A DNA stretch of 63,240 nucleotides, counting the filler, from Intoshia linei (lineage: Eukaryota > Animalia > Orthonectida): NCBI GenBank assembly GCA_001642005.1. It is 3 parts of 3 records of this genome, joined end to end, with 100 filler letters (N's around TTAATTAATTAA, not from the genome) between each part and the next. Parts side by side here need not be neighbours in the genome. Positions count along the whole stretch, not along the records: positions 38,574 to 63,240 come from LWCA01000526.1; 2 more parts are not named here. One strand, written 5' to 3'. Below the pieces are notes generated by a model that had not been told where the DNA came from, did no database searches, and saw only the letters and a list, made by a program, of their open reading frames with translations. Positions 40,004-50,943 of the stretch are shown here, piece by piece (the stretch's first letter is position 1; the number at the start of each line of letters is the position of its first letter). A program made the position numbers and the translations under genes.

Positions 40004-43000
40004 TTAATCCTCTCTTTCATAATAATTTATAGTAGAGTACATTTCAGTTCGTGATGTAATCTCTTTTTTCAATTGTTCTGAACACACTGCCAAAACTCGT
40101 CTAGACATTAAATCGAATGGTTTACCGGTTGGATCACATACTATTGCTCCAGATTCTTTTAATATCAAATAACCTGCCGCCATATCCCAAATGTGTAATC
40201 CCATTCTAAATTACATAATTTATATACATTTACATAACATTTTTATTAAGCACAGTAATTATTTATTACAGGATATTAAATTGCTTATTGGAAAGTCGTA
40301 ATATTAATTATTTCACTCTCTGGAATTTATGTTTTAATTTAAACTTGTATATTTTTTAAATTAGATACATGTATGTGAAAATGTATGAAAATAAAAGAAC
40401 AAAGTTTTTCAAATTATGCTGTTATATAATATACAGTGCGCGCAATAAACATAGGACGCCCTGATTTATATTATTTTTTGGTCTATTAACATTCATTTTC
40501 ATGAATATTTCATCTCTATTAAAAAAGGAATTAAAAAGTACGCTAGTTGATATTATTATTTTTCTTCTGCCACCTTTATATGAAAAGTTATCACACCAAT
40601 CGTTAATTAGCCGCGCAATAAACATAGGACACCTCTAATTAAAATAATGTATTTACAATTTAATAATGTGTCTTTTCTCCTTTATTGACCACAACTTCAA
40701 GGCATCTATCATTCATTGTCAATACTAACTTTTCAATAACATCTTTATGGATATTTTCCCATTCTGTCAATATTATCTGCGTCAGCTGATCCCTATTTTT
40801 AAATTGCCTGCCATTTTTGTATACGGACCTTGCCAAAATTCCCCATAAGTTTTCTATTGGGTTAAGGTCAGGAGACTTCGATGGCCAGTTCATTACATTA
40901 ACAGAATGTTCTTCAAAGCATGTTTTGACCTTACCAGAAGTGTGGATTGGAGCATTATCTTGTTGAAAATGTAATTTGTACCATAATGGAAGTAGAAATT
41001 CAGATAAGGTAAAAATATAATCCTCAGAGTTCTGATTTCCATTCAGAATCGCCAATTTGGATTTGCTTTTCTGTGAAAATGCTCCTCAGACCATTACCGA
41101 TCCACCTCCATTTTGCCGCGTAGAGTAGACTTCTATTTTCTTTCGTAGATCATGCCAATAAAACTGGAATCCATCAGGACCGTCCAAATTTAATTTTTTT
41201 TCATCCGAGAATATCACAGAATTCCAATTTGTACCCAAATCCACGTATTTTCTGGTAAAAAAAAATTCTATTTTCTTTATGAGGTTTTGAAAGGACCGGA
41301 GCATGATGTCGTTTACTCCATTGAAGGTGGGAACAATTACTTATTACCTGTTGAACCGTACGGAGCTTCACGTCTAATTCTAAATTTTGCATGATGTCTC
41401 TAGCTGTATATTGACCGCTTAAAGCCTCACGTATAATATGAGACTTCGTTCTTGAAGTAAGTTTCTTGGGCCTACCTGGACTTTTTGACTTTCCATATGA
41501 CTCTGGGTTGTGTATAAACCTCGATACCACATTTCTAGACCTTTTAATCTGCTTAGCAATGTATTTGTGTGATTTATTTTCAGTTTTTAATGCCATAATT
41601 TGACTCTTTTCAAAATCAGTTAAAGGTTTACCTCTGCCCATTGCTAAAATATACATAAATAAATAAATTATATATTATTGAGAAGATACTATATATATAA
41701 ACATAATGAAAATGGTAATTACATTTTTAAATTTGATTATCGTATAAAAAAAGTGAATTTAATGTGAAGTGTCCTATGTTTATTGCGCGACTAATTAGCG
41801 ATTTGTCTGATAACTTTTCATATAAAGGTTGCAGAAGAAAAATAATGATATCAACCAGCGTAGCTTTTAATTCCTTTTTTAATAGAGATATAATATTCAT
41901 GAAAATGAATGTTAATAGACCCAAAAATAATATAAATCGGGGTGTCTTATGTTTATTGCGCGCACTGTAGAATACAGAGACAGTGAAAGGGTTAACATAA
42001 ATTAATGTACATAAAATCGTTTTATATCTTTGGTATATCAAACCAATGGAACTGTATAGTTCATTCATTAAAATTGTAAACCCGGTAACATACTTTATAA
42101 TTAATACACAAATGAAAACACAAACACACCTCACATCTGGATTCATTGACGACACACAAAAGTACAAAAAAATATCGGTCACATAAGATACACGTAATAC
42201 GATATGATTATGTATGATTACTCGCAGTAAGCATCAGCATAACCGGCCGCTACGTAAGCCAAATTTAGTGCAGCTGATCCAAGCATTCTTATGCTAAATT
42301 TGAATACAATGTTAAATATACTTTGTAATGAAACCCTCTACATTCTTTACTCATATCCATAATATATTTAGTACTTTGATCGGTAAGACTTCCTCCTCTT
42401 TCTAAGTGGTTTTATCGATTTAGAATTAATTTTATGTACTATTACCTGTTAAAAATAAACACTTTTTTAAATCTAAACTATAAATTGTAATAAAATCATT
42501 GTATTCATGCGTAGAGCCCAACCTAGCTCACACGAGACCTCTCCACATAACTCGATTATCAATAGCATAAGTGTCAGACCTAGACTCATGGAAAGGTGGA
42601 TTGGAACTGTGTAGTATTATTAATCGTTTTTGGAGGCCTCGAATATGGAAGGTTTGGTTCTGCTTATGCGCATTAAACTTAAATTTAACTGAAATCCTGC
42701 CTTCAATTTGAAATTTAATTTTAAACACTGTAATGGGAAATTATTTTGGGTGATGGAATGATTACTAAAAATTAGATTTAAAATATTTAAACAGATTTTT
42801 TAAATCTCAGAAAAATGTGTATCATCAATGTGCTATTTATGTCTATTTCTATTTATATATTTATTTATGTATTATAATACGATAAGTATGTATGTATGAT
42901 ATGTAAGGAAAATTATGAGATAATCATTCTTTCAAAGCTGCTAGATTAAAAACGTACTCATATTACTTAGTTACAAAATTATAATGTTGAATTGGAATTT

Positions 43001-46000
43001 TACAAGTTTTTAGTTTTAAACTATATAAAATACAATTGTAAATTAAAATTTAATATAAATATTTTATTATTTGAATTGTAAATGATTTCACATTATTTGA
43101 ATTAATCGTATAGCGTAGAGTATTACATTTTAAAAATTATTAAAGTTTATTATATATATATATAATATAATAAACTTAAATTTTTAGTACGTTTTTATCA
43201 GTGTTGCCTAAAAGTACTTTTACAAAAAAACGTACTTCTGGCAGCTTTAGATAATGTCATGTTTGATATTTATAGTCAGTATTAAATTACAAACAAGATG
43301 TCAATGGTATGTATATTAATTAAATAATTATAAAGTCCATAAAAAGTCTTAACCCTAGAACTCCCAGCGTTTGTGATTTTAACCACCTAATTTTGTTTAT
43401 ACAAGCCAAACATAATTTAGTAAAAATTAATCAAAAATTTGGCTTGTAAATCCTAACTTATATATGCTACGCGATTTTTGTTTGTGTGTGTCCAACTTTA
43501 TCTAAATAACTACTTGTTTTAGAATTTTGTAAAGTCCACAATTACAGTTTTTTCAGGAGGTGTTGGCAAAATAAATTTCAACCTCCCAAACTCACATCTT
43601 ACGGGTCAAAAACCCCAACTGTTTTATTATAAAATAGCTTGAATGTTATGTACTTCGTACAAACAGCTTCCTAGTTCTGCCGAGGGGGATATTTTTATTC
43701 TACTATAAAAATAAATTCAATAAGAAAATCTAACCTAAAAATAAAAAAATGAAAAGGATAGAGAAATACAAAGAAAAGAGATATAATACTTTTTTACCCT
43801 GGTAGACCTATATTCATTCTTAACGAAGGGCTATACTAAAAATGAATACTAAAATACTTTTTTTATCCGTGAAGGCGTCACTTATTCAGATTGAATTTGT
43901 TGTGTGTCTTAACAGGTTATTACTGTACCATTTGTAATTTTTTTTTAAATTCTAGAGCTGTTTTCATTTTCAATATAAAATAGTAATGTGGGTTTTGATA
44001 GTAAAAATTATTTTTTTTGAGGTTTCCATTTATGATAATGTTTATGATTTTAAAACGCGTTCCAGAATGTATGTTTTATTAAATTTTGGGGCTGATTTTT
44101 GGCTGATTTTGTTTAAAAAAAAGGGGAAATTGGGTTTTTGATCCTGTTGGACTCAAACTTAAAAATGGATAAAAACACGTCCTGACAAAAAACGGTATTA
44201 GAAATTGGGTTTTGTTAAATCCTTATCTTGTTAAGCGACTGTCAATTTTTTCAATAAATGGTTACAAACACACACATACATTAATTTTAAAATTTAAATA
44301 GATTTAATAGGCTGTATTTTAAATAATATTAGCACCGCTGACCGAACAAATTTTTTTTAAATTAAAAAACCATGACAACTATAACTAAAAATGGATTCAA
44401 TTTCGATTTTAACGATTTTAAAGCCCGCTAAATTATTAATCACATAAAAAATCTCTGAGGCTATGCTTGAATTTATATAACGTCTCAAGTAAAAATTAAA
44501 AATTTGTGAATTTGATAGTTAAAGATATTGAAATATATAACGGATGCTATCAGTTGTCTAGTAGATAATTAATCATACGTGTCGTTTTGGAACATGAAAT
44601 TTTTCTATCATTCAAAAATGCACCACAATCTTTTATTGCAGTAAATTTTTTATTTTCTACCACATTGAATATTATGGCCAATATTATCTAATTAAAATAA
44701 ATAGTAAATAAATAATTTATTAAAATATACTAGTTTATTATGTGAAAGTGCTATAGATATGCAACATTGTGGAAATCTATAATTCATAAATTATTAATTT
44801 AAACTAATATATATTATATAATAATTATTAATTATAATTATTCGGACAATAATTAAAGTGAATAAAGTATAATGCTGAAAAAATGTAATTCTAGTTTAAT
44901 TTTGATTCTAAATTTTGAGCTAGTGGTGTCAAAATAATATAAAATGTTGATCGATAAGTGTTACTTCATAGTCTTGCCAATTTTTAGAAAAAAATATATT
45001 TTTGTTAATATTTCTATGTAGAAATCAAAAAATGTAAAAATGAAACATAATCCTAACTTACATATGAAGTATAAGTTGCTAAAAATATGTGTGAGTAATT
45101 TATTTAGAAAAGAGACTACCAAAACTTTAAAAAACACAAAATCTATGTCAAATTTTTCCGTATCAGACAGCAGTATTAATTAGACTCGCATATATTGGGG
45201 TCTTTACGATCAAAACTAGAAATAACCAAATTTTTTTCAAAATGAAAATATTCAATTATTAATTATAATTAAGTTCTACAATTTAAAAAAATTGAGTAAC
45301 TTAGTTACAACAGCTGTTTTTAATTGTCATTAGAGTGAATCTCTGTAATATTATAATACCTATGAATAAAATTTGTGGTTCCATCTATTGGGTCAATAAT
45401 CCAAGTTGGTGTGTCTGTCAATACTATTCTATTTTCAAAAGATTCCTCTCCAATTATTCTGTATAATGAGCATAAATACATTTGCATATGATATGATATA
45501 AATATTAGTTACAAATGGTTTGGATATAATTTATTAATTTCTTGTTTAAATGTATCCTCAATCCGTTTATCATATATTGTTACTAAATCCACATCACTAG
45601 ATTTATGATCTATTGTTTTATTCATGGTGTTATAACCTTCCATGAATATCTAAAAATTTTCTATAAAACATTATATAATTGTACTAGATTGACTGTTATG
45701 TACTACGTACAAACAACACTTAGCTTTGCCGAGGGCACATTTATATTATACTTAAAAAATAAATTCACGTTGATAATCTAATTTAAAAATCCTACTATTC
45801 ACTATTATCAATCCTTTAAAGGAGTGGTTTCCAAATTTATTTCAGGTGGAACCATCATATCACATTACTTTTTACTTTAAAGTGAATTATTATATCTTAA
45901 TTTTTTGTTTGTTAACATTTGCGTAAAGAAATTTAAAAACAATTGTTATCCCATTTTTTTAATTTATTAGACAGAATGTGTGTTATAATATTAAAAATAA

Positions 46001-47831
46001 AGTAAAAACAGTCCAATCCTAAAAATATCATAAATAACATAAATTCCAGAAAATTTTTTGAAAATGAAAATTTGAAATTTAAAAATTGCGTAGCAATGAA
46101 AAATCATTCCGAAGTAATGNNNNNTTTTTTAATTTATTAGACAAAATGTGTCTATAATATTAAAAATAAAGTATAAAACAGTCCAATCTTAAAAATTGTC
46201 ATAAATAGTATAAATTCCAAAAAAAATAAAATTATAAAAACCTNNNNNNNNNNNNNNNNNNNNNAGGATCAATATTTACATTTTCAATTTTTATTTTAAT
46301 CGAAATATTTTGAAAAATATTGGTTGAATATATTAAAATTATTTTTCATCGGGAATACGTAGATTTCTCGGGTGGAACTTTTGTATTTATATCAATTGGA
46401 ATAAGCTCTATCCGAATATCTTTTTTTTAATTTTCGGACCGTTAATTATTTAAATATAATATTTCGGAAAAAACATATATGAATACTACAATGCTTTTTT
46501 GACCGTGAAGTCGTCACTTATTCGAATTGAAATTTTTTGTGTGTGTTAACAGAATACAGCTGTACCACCTGTCAATTTTTTTAAATTCTAGGGCTGTTTT
46601 CATTAAAAAAGAAAGGTAATTTGTGGTTTTGTCCCTGAAGATATAATTTTTATGATTTTAAAATCCGTATCAGCGTATATGTTTTTTTAAATTCTTCAAC
46701 TCATTTGAATTTCAAAAAGAAGGACAATTGGGGTTTTTGACCGGTAAAATGTGACTTTGGGAGTTTAAAATTTATCTTATTATATGTCCCGAAAAAAACT
46801 GTAATTGAAATGTGGACTTTATAAAATACAAAAATAAACAAATATTGCGTAGCATATTATATAGTAATGATTATTGGAACCGTTAACCAACTTAGATCTA
46901 TACAGACCTGAGCATGTTATGTAGGTTACGACGAAGATAAAATTGTACAGTGTAGATTGAAGTCTACCATAGTGCCAATTTGTATTTGCAATTATGTAGG
47001 TTTTAATAGGGTAATACGTGTTATGTGGTACATTTCAAATTATATAATATGGGTATGGGTAATATGGGTACCATTATAATGAATAGTACACCTCATGAGT
47101 CATGATTCATATAACATCATGAAATATAATAAATTATAATCCATTGCTTATTATAATTATCAATATGGATAGAAGGGTTGACAGTATGTGATAGTTATAG
47201 CTTCTTCGTCATTTTATCATGATATTCACGGTATTTTTTGAAAATGAAGTAGAGAAGAATGAAAATATTATATCACTTTATGTGTTAAGTATCGTAAAGC
47301 CGATAACTGTAAGAATTGTGACTGACACATTTACAATATTATAGGTGTCTACTAAGACGGAATCGTTACATCTGCTGCTAATGGATTAAGTTAAGATTTG
47401 ATTTTTCTTTGTTACAACTTTTATCTGCATGATCTGATTGTCCGGACAATATTATTGTGTAGTACAGCGTATGTTGTATATGCACAATGTCCAGATCACA
47501 TACTTAATTTAGTATATAAAATAGTACCATCTCCCTTTTAATCATAAAACTTTCATCTTAACATACTGAAACAACGCTGATAAAATGACTTAACAAAGTA
47601 GAACGTCATAAACTTTAATAAACCGTTCAAATAGTATATCTAATACTACTGTCAGGATCGTATAATAGACTGCATTAATTGCAGTATATTACACATTATA
47701 CACATCTACATTATCAGTTGTACAGTTTTAAAAAAACACCTAAACAATATTTCACATTAAAATTATACATGTTCTAGTTTAGACAAGACAGGATCCAAAG
47801 AAGCCATAATTCTCTTACAATCCAAAGACAT
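40004..47831 (-). CDS. IMPA: Inositol monophosphatase, multi-exon including a 27-nt exon
   Basis: MSLDCKR..KLEH|[21 protein letters not shown]; [23 protein letters not shown]; [10 protein letters not shown]; GAFLND; [22 protein letters not shown]; [18 protein letters not shown]; ends YERED*. Confidence 0.93.
40434..41967 (-). mobile_element. Tc1/mariner Tc3-type DD34E transposon, nearly intact
   Basis: TA|cagtgcgcgcaataaacata...tatgtttattgcgcgcactg|TA with TIRs of about 200 bp containing an internal direct repeat. Transposase at 41641-40660: [44 protein letters not shown] (34 residues between D and E). One frameshift and one premature TGA. Confidence 0.93.
43451..44290. mobile_element. Two Helitron-family pieces in opposite orientation
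   Basis: A plus-strand 5' end (tcctaactta..) at 43451 runs into a minus-strand 3' end motif at about 43635 that continues to about 44290. Confidence 0.6.
45684..46860 (-). mobile_element. Helitron-family element with small internal N runs
   Basis: CTAG and hairpin 3' end at 45684; collinear with 60015-61240. Confidence 0.7.
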
Positions 47832-48121
47832 GATAAAATGATAGGTAATATTTGAAATATTTATTTATTGATTTTATATATTTGTCTCCAAGATAAATAT
47901 ATAATTTCTAATATAAATTGGACAGACTTGGTTCAAAATACAATCTACAATGTAGAATGTAATAGTAGATTTATTTTCCTAATGCAATATATCATTCCAA
48001 CTATAAGTTTATTTTAGTGATACATTTTTTTTAATTAAATTAATAAGTTTATATAAATATTCATAAATTCAGATTATTCTTTCTCATTTTTGATGTATTC
48101 AAAAAAATAAACATAAAAAAA

Positions 48122-48212
48122 TGCCCCCGGTGGGGATCGAACCCACGACCTTTGGATTACTTAAGTAATCGTATATATGAGACCAACGCTCTACCAACTG
48201 AGCCACAGAGGC
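48122..48212 (-). tRNA. tRNA-Met(CAU), elongator type, with an 18-nt intron (48158-48175)
   Basis: GCCTCTG acceptor stem; D-arm tggctcagttggtagagc; anticodon arm TTGGT-CT-CAT-A[intron]A-TCCAA with the U31:U39 mismatch typical of elongator Met; T-loop GTTCGATCC; 73 nt mature; T7 Pol III terminator immediately downstream. Confidence 0.9.
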
Positions 48213-48650
48213 GTTGCATAATTTATAAATATATATTTATTTAATACATCCCTCTGTAAAATATTAAAATCTAACAAAAATTAATGATTAACAATTAAAT
48301 CTGTCTTTTGCTACAATACTTTAAAGATTACAATTATCTTATCACAATGCTTATCAAAAATAAATTTAAATTGATTTTATAAATTAACAGTTTTATGCTA
48401 ATAAACATAACTTCAAATAAACGTTTTTATATTTTTGTTTCTTATGTTTAAATGCTAAAAGGTAATTATCGTGCATTTCCATTTTGATATTACTCCATTT
48501 ATTAAATTTAGGTTAAGTTACAAATATGGGTTTTGGGGGACTAGGTTTACCAGTTTAATATTGTTGATATTATTGTAAATTTGATAAGATTTTTGAAGAT
48601 GATATAAAATAAGATATTTTGTTTCTTATTATCATTACTTTGTTTATTAA

Positions 48651-49120
48651 ATGGTAAATTTAGCAATTGGTTTAGTTTTGGGTGGCGTAACGTTCGCTGC
48701 ACTAGGATTTACTGCTAGATTTAACAATATAAAAAAGAATAACCTTTCTACAAACGTAAATTTCAATTCATTATTTATCATTTCTTCGAGGTCTACTGTA
48801 GACCGTCTACATTTATTTATTTAAAATGTAGTACAAAATTGAAATAGAAGCCAATAAACTTGCTTTGAAAGCTTTTGGATATGGTTCTTTGATATCAATT
48901 TCAATTGTCGGAATTTTAACTGCAGTTTTGTACAAATCTTTGAAGAACAAAGACAGGTGATTTGTTATTGCATTATTGTAAAATACAATATGGGTAGTCA
49001 TTCCCTCCTTGTATTTCATGTCATATTGTGATTTTAATGTGTTTATTTTGATATTGATGACACTTGGTTTCGGTATATTTTATTTTTAATTCTAGACAAG
49101 TCAAAATTACCAAAGACTAA
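48651..49120 (+). CDS. TMEM242: TMEM242-like mitochondrial inner membrane protein
   Basis: MVNLAIGLVLGGVTFAALGFTARFNNIKK...EANKLALKAFGYGSLISISIVGILTAVLYKSL resembles TMEM242 (..SLALRALGWGSLYA..VGVISFAVWKAL) as recalled from memory. Start codon and last exon are uncertain. Confidence 0.6.
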
Positions 49121-49293
49121 ATATTTTGTGATTGTTAATCCAATTCAACAATTTTATTGGAATATATTTCAATTTTACTGTATAATAAAAATTATTAATT
49201 TTTTTATACTTTTTCATTTTTGTCTTAGTAATACTGACATGGTAATAAATAAATTTCAAATTAAATGTAGCAGTTGACTTGACTACTTTTGAT

Positions 49294-50916
49294 ATGAAAA
49301 AACGATTTTTTTGCATTAGCAAATTTTTAAGTTTTACATTAAAAATAGATCGAAAAATATCAATTGGAAAATCTCTTTATGTCTCCGATATTTCAAATTC
49401 TAAACCAATTACACAACGTGTAAACTACAAAAATCCATTGGAAAAGAAAAAAGACATGGGTTTATCAATAAAATATAAGAATCAAAAAGCTATTCCACCA
49501 TATCACCTGATTCCATTAAAATTCAACTCTCATGACCCTTCTTCGGATGTTTTTTTTAAAAGACCCTTGAAAAATAATTTGTTTGAAAAGTTTTATGATA
49601 CAGGTAAAGAAACAAACTATGAAAATTTTTGCTACATTTTGAAATCGTATACTACTAATAATCCACATTATCAAAGAGGATTGACTGAATTTGTATATCA
49701 AATTTTAAGTAACATTTACAGATTTGAGGATGCTGCGTATGATTTGAAAGCTTATAAGGAAATTCTTAAACTTTATCCGAAAGGAAAATTTGCATCGTCT
49801 ACTGAGTGGTTAGGGGTAGCCAAGTGGTTTCCGAAACAGCAAGAATGTTGTCACATGTTGCTGCACACTATGCAAATGAATGGTTTATTTCAATGTTATT
49901 GTGTTATTTTATTTTAGGTGTTTATCCTGATGAACAGTTTGGTTACATGTTGATGGATATTTTTGGTCGGTATTCTGATGTATTGAAACAGTATCAACGA
50001 TACATGTTCTGGTCACCTAAATTTCTCAATCTTCCGTATAAACCACCAAGTATATTACCCAAAAAATGGGAACATATTGCTAAAGCCGCTCTAGTCCGAT
50101 TTTGGAATGATTATACCAACAACATTTCTAATTTTTCGGTCATTTTTTATTTGTATACTAAACTAAAAAAGGGATGGTATGTATCCAATCTAAATCCATA
50201 TTATTGATATTAACTTGGGTGATTAATTACTCTGAGAATGTTGTTACCATACAAATTTAGATTAATGACAAATCCATTGTATCGATTCAAAGTGAAACCC
50301 AAAAAGAAATGATTAATCAGTTAAATCCAAGCACAATTTTATACGTAAAAGGACCAGATATTTTATGGTACGGCCGCCAAAAACTTTTTTATTATACTTT
50401 GTATTCTGTCAATAATGGTCCGACTTTTGATGATGAAATTTTTGAAGATAGAAAATGTCAAGATTTAAGAGGTTTTTCAATTTCATGTTCTGAGAATTTT
50501 GCAATTTAAAAATGCAACGCGTTATCATGAATATATTTTAAATTGATAAATGTTATCAGTGATACTAAGTAACCTTAAAATTAAATGTAGTTTTTGATAG
50601 TTACTGTCTTATTGTTATCACAATTTTGGCGCAATTTTATTTTTATTACAGGTAATATTTATGACATCTTATTATCGACATTTTTATTTTAAAAAAATAT
50701 TAATTAGATCATACAAAATGGAAATTTACTTATGGTGGAGACAAAATTTATACCGAAGAAAAAAATGAAATGAACCAATATACCGAAAAAGGAGGCATCG
50801 TGTATGCTTGTTGTATACCACAAATTAACAATCCAGATTCAATCAGGCAATGGATAGATTGTCTGAAACCATCCAACCCAATACTTGCAAAACTTCAAAT
50901 TGTTGAAAATATGTAA
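49294..50916 (+). CDS. ECSIT: ECSIT, complex I assembly (MCIA) factor
   Basis: RGLTEFVY..DLKAYKEILKLYPKGKF..FPKQQECC..MQMNGVYPD..DIFGR..MFWSPKF; YVKGP; GIVYACC..IRQWIDCLKPSNPILAKLQIV. Confidence 0.88.
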
Positions 50917-50943
50917 TTAAACAGTTTAATTATTTATACAAAT

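Noticed and set aside
41086-41088. TGA at a conserved Trp in the transposase, suggesting an alternative genetic code
   Set aside because: Host genes use TGG for Trp and TGA as stop, so this is a simple nonsense mutation.
40422-41970. Near-identical ORFs at 40422-40625(-) and 41764-41970(+)
   Set aside because: They are translations of the two TIRs of the Tc3-type element.
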